Shown: positions 1 to 11,913, counted from the stretch's first letter. The stretch is DNA of 64,000 nucleotides from an uncultured SAR86 cluster bacterium (GCA_902583575.1 CACHWY010000005.1:16564-80563), one strand, 5' to 3'. Numbers and translations: made by a program. The notes: a model not told the origin generated them from the letters alone.

Positions 1-1143
1 AAGATATTCAGGTAATTTAGTTTTATCAATCTTTAAAAATATTTCAGGCAAGACAGTTGGTGAAACTAGAACTTGTTGCCCAATAATGGACCATTTAAAT
101 TTATTATTAATATTTTCATCAAGCCATTTAAATTGTTCTTTACCAACCAAATCTCTTTTTTTAAGTAAATGATTTTTAAATTTAGAAACTTCAAATTTGT
201 TATTGTTATAATAATTATCAAGATTAAGTTGTTCATCTCTATATATAGATCTAGTATCAAGCATAAATAATTGAAATAAGGATCCTATTTCAAATTTTCG
301 CCAAATCTTAAGTTTTTTCTGCGTTTCTCTAATCGGCATCCATTCATAATAAGCTTTTACTGCATTTGCTTTTCTATTACTAAATAAACCTTCATCATAG
401 GAATGATTTTCAGCACCATATTTCCAGGAATTATTAGTAAATTCATGATCATCCCAAACTGCTACCATAGCCTTTGAAGAATGTAATAGCTGTAAATCTT
501 TATCTGTTTTATAAAGAGCATGTCGTTTTCTATAATCATCTAAGGTTACTATTTCATGCGGAGGGTCAACTACCCTATTTAATTTTTTAGAGTCTTCTGA
601 AGCATAACCATCTTTATCATATTCATATAGATAATCACCTAAATGTAAAACTAAATCTATATTATTATCATTAGCAATCTCCTTATATGCATTAAAAAAA
701 CCTGCAGGATAATTAGAACAACTACATATAGCTATATTGAACTTACTAGGATCACTTATAGGTAAAGTTTTTGTCGTTCCTATAATTGAAAATATATCAT
801 TCACAAAAAATCTATAATAAATTTCATTGCCACAATATTTCTTTGGTATTTTTGCATCAACTTTTACTGAAAAATCATTATATGAATATGACTTAACACT
901 TCCTGAATTAATTATATTTAAAAAATCTTTTTTATCAGATACCTGCCAACTAACATTAATGGGTTTATTAGATGCTTTACTTAACTTCGTCCAGAGAATA
1001 ATTTTATTAGATGTTGGGTCGCCGCTAGCCACTCCATGATTAAATAAGATTTTCTCATTATTATTTTTACTATATCCAAAAACTTTAATATTAAAGATAG
1101 ATAAAATTATCCCAATTAGTTTTATAAATGATCTTCTGTGCAT
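1..1143 (-). CDS. phoD: PhoD-like alkaline phosphatase/phosphodiesterase, C-terminus beyond left edge
   Basis: Absent from the ORF track because it runs off the edge. My reverse-strand translation from the ATG at 1143 stays open to position 1 (381 codons). It shows MHRRSFIKLIGI (twin-arginine signal), HGVASGDP, LHLGDYLYEY and VWDDHEF, which are typical PhoD motifs. Confidence 0.8.
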   Translation of the reverse strand, partial: MHRRSFIKLIGIILSIFNIKVFGYSKNNNEKILFNHGVASGDPTSNKIILWTKLSKASNKPINVSWQVSDKKDFLNIINSGSVKSYSYNDFSVKVDAKIPKKYCGNEIYYRFFVNDIFSIIGTTKTLPISDPSKFNIAICSCSNYPAGFFNAYKEIANDNNIDLVLHLGDYLYEYDKDGYASEDSKKLNRVVDPPHEIVTLDDYRKRHALYKTDKDLQLLHSSKAMVAVWDDHEFTNNSWKYGAENHSYDEGLFSNRKANAVKAYYEWMPIRETQKKLKIWRKFEIGSLFQLFMLDTRSIYRDEQLNLDNYYNNNKFEVSKFKNHLLKKRDLVGKEQFKWLDENINNKFKWSIIGQQVLVSPTVLPEIFLKIDKTKLPEYL

Positions 1144-1225
1144 AATTAAATATATCACTTGTGAGTAGGAAATTAGCACATATATATTAAATTTCTTTAC
1201 TAATAATTTAGTGTAAAATATATTT

Positions 1226-1444
1226 ATGTCAAAAGAAGATCAACTAGAATTTGAAGGTGAAGTAATAGAAACTCTTCCAAATACTAAATTTAAAGTTAAA
1301 TTAGAAAATGATCATATTATCACTGCTCATATATCTGGAAAAATGAGAAAACATTACATCAGAATACTTACCGGCGATAAAGTTAAAGTTGAAATGACTC
1401 CTTATGATCTTAGTGTTGGCAGAATAACTTTTAGAGGTAGATAA
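1226..1444 (+). CDS. infA: translation initiation factor IF-1
   Basis: The 72-aa S1-like protein ([47 protein letters not shown]) is near-identical in pattern to bacterial IF-1. It is convergent with clpA, as in E. coli. Confidence 0.97.
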   Translation: MSKEDQLEFEGEVIETLPNTKFKVKLENDHIITAHISGKMRKHYIRILTGDKVKVEMTPYDLSVGRITFRGR

Positions 1445-1445
1445 T

Positions 1446-3686
1446 TTAAGCTTTTACCTTACTTTTACTATCTGTAAATTTAAGCTTCCCTTTTTCTATA
1501 TCAAGTTTTATTAAACCGCCGCTTTTAAGATTTCCAAATAATAATTTATCTACTAGTGGTTTTTTAATATTTTGAGATATAAATCTTTCCATAGGTCTTG
1601 CGCCCATATCTTTGTCATAACCATTTTTAGCTATCCAATCAATAACTTTATTGGATAACATTATTTCAACATTTCGTTTATCTAATTGCGCTTGAAGTTT
1701 TGTTAAAAACTTATCAACTATTGAAAGTATTACTTCTTTATTAAGATAGTTGAACTGAATAGTTTCATCTAACCTATTTCTGAATTCAGGTGAGAAAAGT
1801 TTATTTAATGAATTCATAGCATCGCTTTCATTTGTAGAAGTTGAGAACCCGATATTTCTTTTACTCAATAATTCTGCACCTATATTTGTTGTCATGATTA
1901 ATATGACATTACGAAAATCAGATTTTCTTCCGTTGTTGTCTGTTAATACCCCTGCATCCATAACCTGAAGAAGGATGTTAAATATATCTGGATGGGCTTT
2001 TTCTATTTCATCTAACAAAAGTACGCAATGCGGTGACTTAACGATTGCTTCTGTTAGTAAGCCTCCTTGATCAAATCCTACATAACCTGGCGGCGCTCCA
2101 ATTAGTCGTGATACTGTATGTCTTTCCATATACTCACTCATATCAAATCTTACTAAATCAATACCAAGAATTTCGGATAATTGCTTAGATATTTCAGTTT
2201 TACCAACACCGGTTGGGCCAGTAAATAAAAATGATCCTATTGTTTTGTTGTCATCCCTAAGCCCTACCCTAGAAAGTTTAATTGCATTAGATAATGTTTC
2301 TACTGCTTTATCTTGACCAAAGATAACTCTTTTTAAATCCTCTTCTATTTTTTTCAAATCTTTTTTATCACTAATGGATATTGATTGTTCAGGTATTTTA
2401 GTTATTTTTGAAATGGTCATTTCAATATGACTTTTATTAACTTTTATAGATTTTGTATTTTTTCTATTTATGTTTAATAAAGCGCCTGTTTCATCAATTA
2501 CATCTATAGCTTTATCTGGTAAGAATCTGTCATTAATATATTTTGATGATAATTCTATTGCTGATTTAATTGATTCATCTGAATATTTAACATCATGATA
2601 ATCCTCATAAATATCTTTGATACCAAATAATATTTCTTCACATTCATCAAAATTAGGCTCTGTTACATCTATTTTTTGAAATCTTCTAGATAATGCTTGG
2701 TTTTGATTAAATATTCCTCTGTATTCTTGGAATGTTGTAGATCCAATACACCTTATTTTACCCTTTCCTAGTTCTGGTTTTAGTAAATTAGAAACATCTA
2801 ACGATCCTCCAGAAGCTGAACCTGCGCCTATAATAGTATGGATTTCATCTATAAAAAGTATTGGGTTTTCTTGAGTTGATAAGAATTTAAGAACATCCTT
2901 TAAACGTTTTTCAAAATCACCTCTATATTTTGTTCCTGCTATCAATGCAGCTATATCTAATGAGTAAATGATACTATCCTCAATAATTGATGGAACTTTT
3001 TTATTAGAAATTAAATAGGCTAGGCCTTCTGCTATAGCGGTCTTACCAACCCCAGATTCTCCAACTAACAAAGGATTGTTTTTGTTTCTTCTTGAAAGAA
3101 TTTGAATTAATCTTTCAATTTCTTTATTTCTACCAATGATCTTATCAATCTTATTGTCTAAAGCTAAATTGTTAAGATTTATTAAATATGCATTCTCTTT
3201 AGAATCTTCATTGTTTGGGTTTGTATTATCTTCTTGAATATCATTCTCTGAATTTACTTTTGGTTTTGAACCATGGGATAGGTATGTAACAACATCAAGT
3301 CTTGTTAATTTATATTTATTTAATAAAAAAACTGAATGGGATTCTTTTTCTGAAAATATTGCTACTAAAATATTAATAGGTTTTACAACACCTTTTCCAG
3401 ATGATTGAATGTGAAATACTGATCTCTGAAGAACTCTTTGAAATCCTAATGTTGGTTGAACTGGTTTTTGTTGATCTACCTTAGGAACTATATTATTTTT
3501 TAAATGGTCGTTTATATTATCCTTTAAGCTCTCTATATTAATTTCTTTAGTTTTAAAAAAATCTATGACATCAAAATCATTCAGAATCATTAATAACAAA
3601 TGTTCAACAGTAATATATTGAATATTAGCCTCATGAGCTTTATCAAATAAGCTTGCTATTGATAATTCTAATTCTTTACTAAACAT
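1446..3686 (-). CDS. clpA: ATP-dependent Clp protease ATP-binding subunit ClpA
   Basis: 746 aa with two AAA+ modules (GESGVGKTAI and GPTGVGKTE Walker A motifs, LFIDEIH and LLLDEIEKAH Walker B motifs). It has an N-terminal Clp repeat and lies directly downstream of clpS. Confidence 0.95.
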   Translation of the reverse strand: MFSKELELSIASLFDKAHEANIQYITVEHLLLMILNDFDVIDFFKTKEINIESLKDNINDHLKNNIVPKVDQQKPVQPTLGFQRVLQRSVFHIQSSGKGVVKPINILVAIFSEKESHSVFLLNKYKLTRLDVVTYLSHGSKPKVNSENDIQEDNTNPNNEDSKENAYLINLNNLALDNKIDKIIGRNKEIERLIQILSRRNKNNPLLVGESGVGKTAIAEGLAYLISNKKVPSIIEDSIIYSLDIAALIAGTKYRGDFEKRLKDVLKFLSTQENPILFIDEIHTIIGAGSASGGSLDVSNLLKPELGKGKIRCIGSTTFQEYRGIFNQNQALSRRFQKIDVTEPNFDECEEILFGIKDIYEDYHDVKYSDESIKSAIELSSKYINDRFLPDKAIDVIDETGALLNINRKNTKSIKVNKSHIEMTISKITKIPEQSISISDKKDLKKIEEDLKRVIFGQDKAVETLSNAIKLSRVGLRDDNKTIGSFLFTGPTGVGKTEISKQLSEILGIDLVRFDMSEYMERHTVSRLIGAPPGYVGFDQGGLLTEAIVKSPHCVLLLDEIEKAHPDIFNILLQVMDAGVLTDNNGRKSDFRNVILIMTTNIGAELLSKRNIGFSTSTNESDAMNSLNKLFSPEFRNRLDETIQFNYLNKEVILSIVDKFLTKLQAQLDKRNVEIMLSNKVIDWIAKNGYDKDMGARPMERFISQNIKKPLVDKLLFGNLKSGGLIKLDIEKGKLKFTDSKSKVKA

Positions 3687-3687
3687 A

Positions 3688-4026
3688 TTAATCTTCCAAA
3701 GGTTCTATTTCACTTAATAAAGGATGTCCATGATCTTTGGCCATAGTATTTACTTCATATGACATCACTTCTGCAATCTCTTTAGAAAATATACCACAAA
3801 CACCCTTTCCTTTTGTATGAACAATCATCATTATTTCGGTTGATTTTTGATGATTATGGCCAAATATTGTTTGTAAAACGAATACAACAAACTCCATTGG
3901 AGTGTAATCATCATTAATTAGAACTACTTGATATGAGGGTGGAAGTTTTGTTTCAGGGTCTTTTTCTAGAACAACAGCGCCTATGTCTGAAGATGTTTCA
4001 CTATTATCGTTAGATAATCTATACAT
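3688..4026 (-). CDS. clpS: ClpA adaptor protein ClpS
   Basis: 112 aa with the core YQVVLINDDYTPMEFVVFVL..HTKGKGVCG. There is a 1-nt gap to clpA. Confidence 0.93.
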   Translation of the reverse strand: MYRLSNDNSETSSDIGAVVLEKDPETKLPPSYQVVLINDDYTPMEFVVFVLQTIFGHNHQKSTEIMMIVHTKGKGVCGIFSKEIAEVMSYEVNTMAKDHGHPLLSEIEPLED

Positions 4027-5279
4027 TACATCCTTTTTATCATCTCATCAGCAAAACCAGATGATGTAACTAAGTCAGCATTATCCATCATTCTTTCAAA
4101 ATCATAGGTCACTTTCTTAGCTCCAATAGCTCTATCCATAGATGATATGATTAAATCAGCAGCTTCTGTCCAACCCATATGTCTTAACATCATTTCTGCA
4201 GAAAGAATTAAACTTCCTGGATTAACTTTATTTTTGCCTGCATATTTTGGAGCAGTGCCATGGGTTGCTTCAAATACTGCATAATCATCAGAAATATTAG
4301 CACCAGGCGCAATACCAATACCTCCTACCATGGCAGCAAGTGCATCAGATATATAATCACCATTCAAATTCATAGTTGCTATAACATCATATTCAGTTGG
4401 TCTTGTTAGAATTTGTTGCAAAAATGCATCACATATTACGTCTTTAATTACAATTTTCTTTCCATTATTTGGATTTATTATTTCCTGCCATGGACCATCA
4501 TCAATTTCAATGCCTCCATAATCTCTTTTTGCAATTTCATAACCCCAATCCCTAAAAGCACCTTCTGTATACTTCATAATATTACCTTTATGAACCAAGG
4601 TTACAGAAGATCTATTATTGTCTATAGCATAATCAATTGCTTTTTTAACTAAACGTGAAGTGCCTTGTTCAGATATAGGCTTGATACCTATACCAACATT
4701 TTTATCAAATCTAATTTTCTTAACTTTAAAGTCTTTTTTAAGAGTTTTTATTAAATTTTTAGAGGCTGTTGAATTGCCTTCAAATTCAACACCACAATAT
4801 ATATCTTCAGAATTTTCCCTAAAAATAACCATATCAGTATCTTGTGGTCTTTTAACTGGTGATGGAACTCCATTAAAATATCTTATTGGTCTTAGGCAAA
4901 CATATAGATCTAATATTTGTCGAAGTGAAACATTAAGTGATCTAATGCCACCGCCAACTGGTGTTGTTAATGGTCCTTTTATGCTTATTACATATTCTTT
5001 AAGGGCTTCTATTGTTTCATCAGGCAACCAATTATCTTTTGAATATACTTTTGTAGCCTTCTCGCCACAATAAACCTCCATCCATTCAATATTTCTCTTA
5101 CCGTCGTATGCAATTTTAACCGCTTCATTAACAACATTAATCATGGGCGGTGTTATATCAACGCCTATACCATCACCCTCAATAAATGGAATAATAGGAT
5201 TAGATGGAACATCTAACTTGCCGTTTTTATAAGAAATTTTATTACCGTTTTTTGGTATTTTGATGTTTTTATAACTCAT
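4026..5279 (-). CDS. icd: NADP-dependent isocitrate dehydrogenase
   Basis: 417 aa with the motifs [22 protein letters not shown] and [25 protein letters not shown] of the homodimeric IDH family. Confidence 0.95.
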   Translation of the reverse strand: MSYKNIKIPKNGNKISYKNGKLDVPSNPIIPFIEGDGIGVDITPPMINVVNEAVKIAYDGKRNIEWMEVYCGEKATKVYSKDNWLPDETIEALKEYVISIKGPLTTPVGGGIRSLNVSLRQILDLYVCLRPIRYFNGVPSPVKRPQDTDMVIFRENSEDIYCGVEFEGNSTASKNLIKTLKKDFKVKKIRFDKNVGIGIKPISEQGTSRLVKKAIDYAIDNNRSSVTLVHKGNIMKYTEGAFRDWGYEIAKRDYGGIEIDDGPWQEIINPNNGKKIVIKDVICDAFLQQILTRPTEYDVIATMNLNGDYISDALAAMVGGIGIAPGANISDDYAVFEATHGTAPKYAGKNKVNPGSLILSAEMMLRHMGWTEAADLIISSMDRAIGAKKVTYDFERMMDNADLVTSSGFADEMIKRM

Positions 5280-5368
5280 ATAAAATTAATAGCTTAAATA
5301 AGTTGTTTGCAGTTAAAATCGGTGATAATTATACTCCTAAAATATTAAATATAGAATGTATTTGATTG

Positions 5369-6451
5369 ATGAAAAATATAAATAAAACAATAGTTGTTGG
5401 TATGTCAGGTGGGGTTGATTCATCTGTTTCTGCATATCTATTAAAAGAACAAGGGTATAAGGTTGTAGGTTTGTTTATGCAAAACTGGCAAAGTGAACCT
5501 GGTGAGGTTTGTACATCTGAGATTGATTTTAAAGATGCTTCTGAAGTTTGCGATAAATTAGACATCCCTCTTCATAAAGCAAATTTTTCAAATGAATATT
5601 GGAATAATGTTTTTGAAGAATTTATCAAGGAACATAAATTAGGCAGAACCCCTAACCCAGATGTATTGTGTAATAGAGAGATTAAATTTAAATCTTTTTT
5701 AAATTATGCATTAACTATCGGCGCTGACTATATTGCAACGGGTCACTATGCAACATTAAAAAATAATGATGAAAGGAAAATATTGTCTAGAGCTAAAGAT
5801 AAAGACAAAGATCAAACTTACTTCTTACATGAAGTAAAAGAAAAAGAATTTGAAAATTGTATTTTTCCATTAAGTAATTATCTAAAGACAGAAGTAAGAG
5901 AAATAGCAAAAAACTTAAATTTATCAATATCGTCTAAAAAAGATTCAGTAGGTATATGTTTTATTGGTGAAAGAAACTTAAAAGATTTTTTAGGTAGATT
6001 TATAAAATTAGAAAAAGGCCCAATCTATGATGAGCTTAATAATGAGATAGGAATGCATAACGGCGCAACTTTATACACAAAGGGACAAAGACAAGGTTTG
6101 AATATTGGCGGCATTAAAGATAAAGATGATTTACCTTGGTATGTGTTTAATAAAGATATTCAAAACAACTCATTACATGTATGCCAAGGTATAAATAATC
6201 CATTGCTTTTTAATAATGGTCTTGAATGTGAAAAAATTTCATGGATTAATAATAAAGAAATCAAATATCCATTTAACTGCCTTATACAGGTTAGACACCA
6301 GCATACTCCAATTGGATGTACTATAAATTATGATGGCAAATTTATAATTAATTTTGATGAAGATATCAGAGGTGTTGCCCCAGGCCAATCAGCAGTTTTT
6401 TATGAAGATGAAGTATGTTTGGGTGGTGGGGTTATATCTAACACTCTGTAA
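5369..6451 (+). CDS. mnmA: tRNA 2-thiouridine(34) synthase MnmA
   Basis: Shows the PP-loop VVGMSGGVDSSVSAYLL, NPDVLCNREIKF and ATGHYA. The ORF track starts at TTG 5366, but ATG 5369 is the more likely start. Confidence 0.93.
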   Translation: MKNINKTIVVGMSGGVDSSVSAYLLKEQGYKVVGLFMQNWQSEPGEVCTSEIDFKDASEVCDKLDIPLHKANFSNEYWNNVFEEFIKEHKLGRTPNPDVLCNREIKFKSFLNYALTIGADYIATGHYATLKNNDERKILSRAKDKDKDQTYFLHEVKEKEFENCIFPLSNYLKTEVREIAKNLNLSISSKKDSVGICFIGERNLKDFLGRFIKLEKGPIYDELNNEIGMHNGATLYTKGQRQGLNIGGIKDKDDLPWYVFNKDIQNNSLHVCQGINNPLLFNNGLECEKISWINNKEIKYPFNCLIQVRHQHTPIGCTINYDGKFIINFDEDIRGVAPGQSAVFYEDEVCLGGGVISNTL

Positions 6452-6471
6452 TTTAAAAATGATTATATTTA

Positions 6472-7833
6472 ATGATAAAATGTCGCATGAAATACGATCA
6501 TAATAATATTTCTCCACTTGATAGCAGATATGCTAATAAAATTCCTGATATTAGAAATGCCTTCTCTGAACATGCATTAATTAAAACTAGATTTATCATT
6601 GAAATAAATTGGATTTTATATTTATGTAATAAATATCCAAAGTATTTTATTAAATTAAATAAAGTATCAATCAATAAGATAATTAAATTCAGAGATAATT
6701 TTGATGATAAGAGTGTTTTAAAAATAAAAAAAATTGAAAAAACAACCAACCATGACATTAAAGCCATTGAGTATTACATTAAAGATTTTTTTAAAGACGA
6801 TAAGTCTTTATCAAAATTAACTCATCTAATACATTTTGGGCTTACAAGTGAAGATATTAATTCATTGTCTTATGCATTAATGATTAAAAACGGTTTAAAC
6901 ATATATTTTGACAAAGTAAAGGGCTTTAATAAAATTCTTAATACTCTAACAAGAAAATGGAATAATATTCCATTTCTTTCAAGAACTCATGGCCAAGCAG
7001 CCTCACCTTCTACTGTCGGTAAAGAGATTAAAGTTTTTAGTTCAAGAATTGAAAGAGAATTAAAAATTATAAGAAATATCACACCATTAGCTAAATTTAG
7101 TGGCGCTACCGGCAACTACCATACCTTCTATATAGCAAATGATAAAATTAATTGGCCTTCTTTTAACAAAAATTTTATTAACTCTTTTGGAATAAAACAA
7201 AATTCTATAACAACACAAATTGAACCACATGACTGGATTGCTGAATCAATGCAATCTGTTACTAGAATTAATAATATCTGTATTGATTTATGCATAGATA
7301 TCTGGATGTATATATCTAATGATATATTTTCATTAAAATTAAACAAAAATGAGGTCGGCTCATCAACGATGCCTCATAAAGTAAATCCTATAGATTTTGA
7401 GAACGCTGAAGGTAATTTTGGAATTTCTAATTCATTAAATGATTTCTTTGTTAATAAACTTACCAAATCTAGATTGCAAAGAGATTTGTCAGATAGCACA
7501 GTTCTAAGAAATATAGGTTTATCTTTTGGTTATTCGTTGCTCGCCACTAGTGCAGTTAGCAAAGGTATAAATAAAATTACCCCAAATAGAAAAAATATTA
7601 ATGAGGAGTTAAATCAAAATTGGGAGGTATTAACTGAAGCAATTCAAACAGTAATGCGGTATGAAGGCATTGAAGATGCTTATGAACAATTGAAAGATCT
7701 ATCCAGAGGTAATAAGTTAAATGAATCCCTATATAAAGATTTTGTCTCTAACTTAAAAATATCAAATAAAGCTAAAGAAAAACTAATTAACTTAACTCCT
7801 TCAAAATATATAGGTTTAGCGAAAAAACTCTAA
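6472..7833 (+). CDS. purB: adenylosuccinate lyase
   Basis: Shows SPLDSRY near the N-terminus and the fumarate-lyase signature GSSTMPHKVNPIDFEN. The internal ATG at 6487 (MKYDHNN) may be the true start. Confidence 0.92.
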   Translation: MIKCRMKYDHNNISPLDSRYANKIPDIRNAFSEHALIKTRFIIEINWILYLCNKYPKYFIKLNKVSINKIIKFRDNFDDKSVLKIKKIEKTTNHDIKAIEYYIKDFFKDDKSLSKLTHLIHFGLTSEDINSLSYALMIKNGLNIYFDKVKGFNKILNTLTRKWNNIPFLSRTHGQAASPSTVGKEIKVFSSRIERELKIIRNITPLAKFSGATGNYHTFYIANDKINWPSFNKNFINSFGIKQNSITTQIEPHDWIAESMQSVTRINNICIDLCIDIWMYISNDIFSLKLNKNEVGSSTMPHKVNPIDFENAEGNFGISNSLNDFFVNKLTKSRLQRDLSDSTVLRNIGLSFGYSLLATSAVSKGINKITPNRKNINEELNQNWEVLTEAIQTVMRYEGIEDAYEQLKDLSRGNKLNESLYKDFVSNLKISNKAKEKLINLTPSKYIGLAKKL

Positions 7834-7952
7834 ATTTAGTTATTTATGTAGTTTAACTACAATAAAAAACCCGTATTTATAGTGAATAATTATATATATT
7901 GACATATATAATTTAATATTATTTACTTCACTACAAATATGGGGGCTTATTT

Positions 7953-9533
7953 ATGTCTAAATTTAAAAAAACATTAGAAGAAACTACTTCAATACCAACA
8001 ATGAATACTTCAAATTGGGATTCAATTAATCCTGAATATGTAGCTAGAATGAGGTTACAGAATCAGTTTAAAACAGGAATTGATATTGCTAAATATACAT
8101 CAGCAATAATGAGAAAAGATATGGAAGAATATGACAACGATTCATCATTATATACACAATCATTAGGATGTTGGCATGGTTTTATAGGACAACAAAAATT
8201 AATATCTATTAAAAAACATTTTAATTCTAATTCCAAAAAATATTTATATCTTTCAGGCTGGATGATTGCTGCTTTAAGATCAGAATTTGGACCCCTTCCC
8301 GATCAATCTATGCATGAAAAAACATCGGTCGCTAGTCTTATAAATGAATTATATACATTTCTTAAGCAGGCTGATGCAAGAGAACTTGGTGGACTGTTCA
8401 GAGATTATGACGCTGCATCAGGTTCTGATAAAGAAAAAATTAAAGAAAAAATTGATACTTTCGAAACCCATATTGTTCCAATTATTGCAGATATAGATGC
8501 TGGATTTGGAAATGAAGAAGCTACATATTTAATGGCTAAACAAATGATTGAAGCTGGAGCATGTGCAATTCAAATTGAAAACCAAGTTTCAGATGAAAAA
8601 CAATGTGGCCATCAGGACGGCAAAGTTACAGTTCCACATTCAGATTTCTTAGCTAAGATAAATGCTGTCAGATATGCCTTTTTAGAATTAGGTGTTGATG
8701 ATGGTGTAATTGTTGCTAGAACTGATTCATTAGGTGCAGGACTAACCAAGCAAATAGCTATAACTAATGAGGAAGGAGATCTAGGAGATCAATATAATTC
8801 ATTTTTAGATGTAGATGAAATAACACCAGAAAATATGGAACACGGTGATGTGATGATTAGCCAAAAAGGCAAAGTTGTCCGTCCTAAACGTCTACCGTCT
8901 AATTTATATCAATTTAGAAAAGGAACAGGCGAAGAAAGATGTATATTAGATTCAATTACAAGCCTACAAAGTGGTGCTGATTTAATATGGATAGAAACAG
9001 AAAAACCTCATATCGGACAAATTGCTTCAATGATGAATGAAATAAGAAAAACTGTTCCTAATGCTAAATTAGTTTATAACAACAGCCCTTCTTTTAATTG
9101 GACATTAAATTTTAGGCAACAAGTTTTTGATTCAATGGTAGAAGCTGGTGATGATGTGTCTAATTACAATAGAGATGACTTAATGGATGAATCATATGAT
9201 AAAACTGAGTTAGCAAAACAAGCTGATGAAAAAATTAGAACCTTTCAAACAGATGCATCAAAAGAAGCAGGTATATTTCATCATCTAATAACTTTGCCTA
9301 CTTATCATACAGCAGCATTATCAACAGATAATCTTGCTAAAGAGTACTTTGGGTCAGAGGGAATGTTGGGTTATGTAGCTAATGTCCAAAGAAAAGAAAT
9401 TAGGGAAGGAATCGCATGTGTGAAACATCAAAATATGTCAGGTTCTGATATGGGAGATGATCATAAAGAGTATTTTGCTGGTGAAGCTGCTCTTAAGGCT
9501 GCAGGCAAAGATAATACTATGAATCAGTTCTAG
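7953..9533 (+). CDS. aceA: isocitrate lyase (long, pseudomonad-type)
   Basis: 526 aa with DADAGFGN and the catalytic loop KQCGHQDGKV. A GGGGG ribosome-binding site sits 7 nt upstream of the ATG. Confidence 0.92.
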   Translation: MSKFKKTLEETTSIPTMNTSNWDSINPEYVARMRLQNQFKTGIDIAKYTSAIMRKDMEEYDNDSSLYTQSLGCWHGFIGQQKLISIKKHFNSNSKKYLYLSGWMIAALRSEFGPLPDQSMHEKTSVASLINELYTFLKQADARELGGLFRDYDAASGSDKEKIKEKIDTFETHIVPIIADIDAGFGNEEATYLMAKQMIEAGACAIQIENQVSDEKQCGHQDGKVTVPHSDFLAKINAVRYAFLELGVDDGVIVARTDSLGAGLTKQIAITNEEGDLGDQYNSFLDVDEITPENMEHGDVMISQKGKVVRPKRLPSNLYQFRKGTGEERCILDSITSLQSGADLIWIETEKPHIGQIASMMNEIRKTVPNAKLVYNNSPSFNWTLNFRQQVFDSMVEAGDDVSNYNRDDLMDESYDKTELAKQADEKIRTFQTDASKEAGIFHHLITLPTYHTAALSTDNLAKEYFGSEGMLGYVANVQRKEIREGIACVKHQNMSGSDMGDDHKEYFAGEAALKAAGKDNTMNQF

Positions 9534-9699
9534 TACAATTATTGGATTCTGTTCTACCACATATGGTACATGTACCATCTTCTGATGTCATTACACCACC
9601 ACATGATCCAGCAATAGGTTTTTTACGCATTATTAAGCCTACCGAAAGACCTGCGAAAGCCAATCCTATAACTAAGAAAGCTAGTAAAAATGTATTCAT
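9517..9699 (-). CDS. nqrM: (Na+)-NQR maturation factor NqrM
   Basis: A 60-aa single-TM protein with the Cys motif GSCGG..CTICG. It is the last gene after apbE (ATGA overlap), which is the canonical NqrM position. Confidence 0.75.
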   Translation of the reverse strand: MNTFLLAFLVIGLAFAGLSVGLIMRKKPIAGSCGGVMTSEDGTCTICGRTESNNCTRTDS

Positions 9700-10691
9700 A
9701 ATTTTAAATCATACCATTTTTGAGTTTTGACAATGCTTATATCGCCTTCTTTTTCTAAAATAAATAATGCAGCAATATTGTTTTTATTTGCAAAGTCATA
9801 AGCCTTTTCATACCCCATCGTATTAAATGCAGTAGCATACGCATCAGCCATTGTTGTTACTGGAATATCTTCATAATCAATAACAGTTACAGACAATAGA
9901 TTATTATTTATAGAATTTAGCGTTTTAGGATTTATGGTATGAGAGATTTTTTTATTATCTTTTATTTTATAATTTCTATATTCGCCTGAAGTTGCAATTG
10001 AAAGCCAATTATTTGTTGAGATGATGTAAATAGGATTGTTATTTATAGATTTTGGATCTTGAAGTCCTATATTCCATAAAGAATTATTATTAGTTCCTTT
10101 TATTAACAATTCCCCTCCTATATCAACAAGATAATTATCATAGTCCTTTAAATACCTGTTAATTAAATCAATTGCAAAACCTTTGGCTATAGAAGATAAA
10201 TCTAACCAGGAATTATTTCCAATTGTCACATTACAATCTTCATTTGATTTTAATTCAAATAACCAGCTCCCGGTATCAGTCTCATTATTTATGTCAGGCA
10301 TTTCATCAAATATAGGAGCAAAACCATTATTCGCAGAAATATGGCCAAGTCCTATTCTATAAGATTCAATACTAGACTCTACAAATTTTGCCGCATTTAA
10401 TATTGCGCATAATCCGGGTTCATTTTTTATTTCATGTAGATAATTTCTTTTTTTATTCAATGTATTTATTAATGAATTTTCTTTGTAGTTAGAAGCTATT
10501 AAATCAACCCTATTTAATAATTCCTGTACGTTTGATTTATTTATATACCTATCTGAAGTTATAGACCAAGTAGTTCCATAAATATTTCCTGATATAAAAT
10601 AAGATGTATTTTTATTATGTTGTATTGCTATGACAACACATAAGACACCAGCAACTAAAGCAATTAATTTTGAAAATGTATATCTATCCAC
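9696..10691 (-). CDS. apbE: FAD:protein FMN transferase ApbE
   Basis: 331 aa. It sits directly after nqrF, has an N-terminal anchor, and shows the ApbE-like IAKGFAIDL and TSGEYRN motifs. It apparently starts at a GTG overlapping the end of nqrF. Confidence 0.88.
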   Translation of the reverse strand: MDRYTFSKLIALVAGVLCVVIAIQHNKNTSYFISGNIYGTTWSITSDRYINKSNVQELLNRVDLIASNYKENSLINTLNKKRNYLHEIKNEPGLCAILNAAKFVESSIESYRIGLGHISANNGFAPIFDEMPDINNETDTGSWLFELKSNEDCNVTIGNNSWLDLSSIAKGFAIDLINRYLKDYDNYLVDIGGELLIKGTNNNSLWNIGLQDPKSINNNPIYIISTNNWLSIATSGEYRNYKIKDNKKISHTINPKTLNSINNNLLSVTVIDYEDIPVTTMADAYATAFNTMGYEKAYDFANKNNIAALFILEKEGDISIVKTQKWYDLKL

Positions 10692-11910
10692 CGAAATCGT
10701 CTAAAGCAATATTCTCAGGTTCTACACCAAGATTTAATAGCATATCAATAACTGCCTTATTCATCATTGGTGGTCCACACATATAGTATTCACAATCTTC
10801 TGGAGATTCATGAGATTTTAAATAATTCTCATACAAAACATTATGGATAAATCCTGTTTCACCATCCCAATCATCTTCTGGTAGTGGATCAGATAATGCA
10901 ACATGCCATTCAAAATTTTCATATTTTTTTGCAAGCTCATCAAATTCATCAACATAAAACATTTCTTTTAAACTTCTTGCACCATACCAAAATGTTATTT
11001 TTCTATTTGTATTTATTCTTAAAAGTTGATCAAAAATATGTGATCTCATAGGTGCCATTCCAGCACCACCGCCTACAAAAACCATTTCCGCCTCAGTTTC
11101 TTTTGCAAAGAACTCGCCAAAAGGACCAAATACATTAACTTTATCACCTGGTTTAAGGCCAAATGTCCATGATGACATTATTCCTGGTGGCACATCTTGT
11201 CCAGGTGGTGGTGATGCAATACGAATATTAAATTTAATAATTCCTTTTTCTTCGGGATAATTAGCCATCGAATATGCTCTTATGACTGGTTCTGTACTTA
11301 CAGCTTTGTTATCCCAAATCTTAAACCTATCCCAATCTTCATGATATTCATTTTCAATATTTAAATCTCTATAATCTAATTCATATGGGGGGCATTCTAA
11401 TTGAACGTATCCGCCTGCTCTGAAATCTACATTTTCACCATCAGGCAATTTAAGAACTAATTCTTTTATAAATGTTGCTACATTTTCATTTGAGATAACT
11501 TCGCATTCCCATTCTTTTACACCAAATACATCTTCTGGAACTATGATTCTAAGATCATTTTTTACTGGTACCTGACATGACAAACGCCAACCTTCTTTTT
11601 GTTCTGTAGAATTAAAATGGGATTCTTCAGCAACTAATATTGATCCCCCTCCTTCTAATACTTGACATTTACATTGACTGCAAGTTCCCCCACCGCCGCA
11701 AGCTGAAGCAAGAAAAATATTATTATCAGCTAATGTCTGTAATAATTTAGACCCAGCTGGAACAACTATAGGGTTATCAGAGTCGCCATTAATCTCTATT
11801 GATACATTTCCCGTTGATACCAGTCTAGATCTTGCAGCAATAATTACAAGAACTAGTATAATTACAATTCCACAAAACGATACGACTCCAAGAATTAAAT
11901 CAATACTCAT
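10684..11910 (-). CDS. nqrF: Na+-translocating NADH:quinone reductase subunit F
   Basis: Has an N-terminal TM segment, the 2Fe-2S motif [12 protein letters not shown], the FAD motif RAYSMAN and the NADH motif [12 protein letters not shown]. Confidence 0.96.
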   Translation of the reverse strand: MSIDLILGVVSFCGIVIILVLVIIAARSRLVSTGNVSIEINGDSDNPIVVPAGSKLLQTLADNNIFLASACGGGGTCSQCKCQVLEGGGSILVAEESHFNSTEQKEGWRLSCQVPVKNDLRIIVPEDVFGVKEWECEVISNENVATFIKELVLKLPDGENVDFRAGGYVQLECPPYELDYRDLNIENEYHEDWDRFKIWDNKAVSTEPVIRAYSMANYPEEKGIIKFNIRIASPPPGQDVPPGIMSSWTFGLKPGDKVNVFGPFGEFFAKETEAEMVFVGGGAGMAPMRSHIFDQLLRINTNRKITFWYGARSLKEMFYVDEFDELAKKYENFEWHVALSDPLPEDDWDGETGFIHNVLYENYLKSHESPEDCEYYMCGPPMMNKAVIDMLLNLGVEPENIALDDFGG

Positions 11911-11913
11911 TGT

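Noticed and set aside
66-1039. ORF-track entries 66..260 (-) and 827..1039 (+).
   Set aside because: Both lie inside the much longer open PhoD-like reading frame, which carries clear family motifs. The short ORFs have none.
1144-1225. A Pho box upstream of the PhoD-like gene.
   Set aside because: I could not find a convincing CTGTCAT-N4-CTGTCAT-type direct repeat in the 82-nt spacer.
4413-5073. Two plus-strand ORFs (79 and 137 aa) inside the icd gene.
   Set aside because: They are antisense shadows of a strongly supported isocitrate dehydrogenase frame. The products are low-complexity, with no recognisable motifs and no room for expression signals.
7834-7952. A terminator after purB (GTAGTT-T-AACTAC) and a sigma70 promoter (TTGACA at 7899) for aceA.
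   Set aside because: The hairpin has effectively a 4-5 bp stem and no T-tract. The TTGACA has no well-spaced -10 better than background in this AT-rich sequence.
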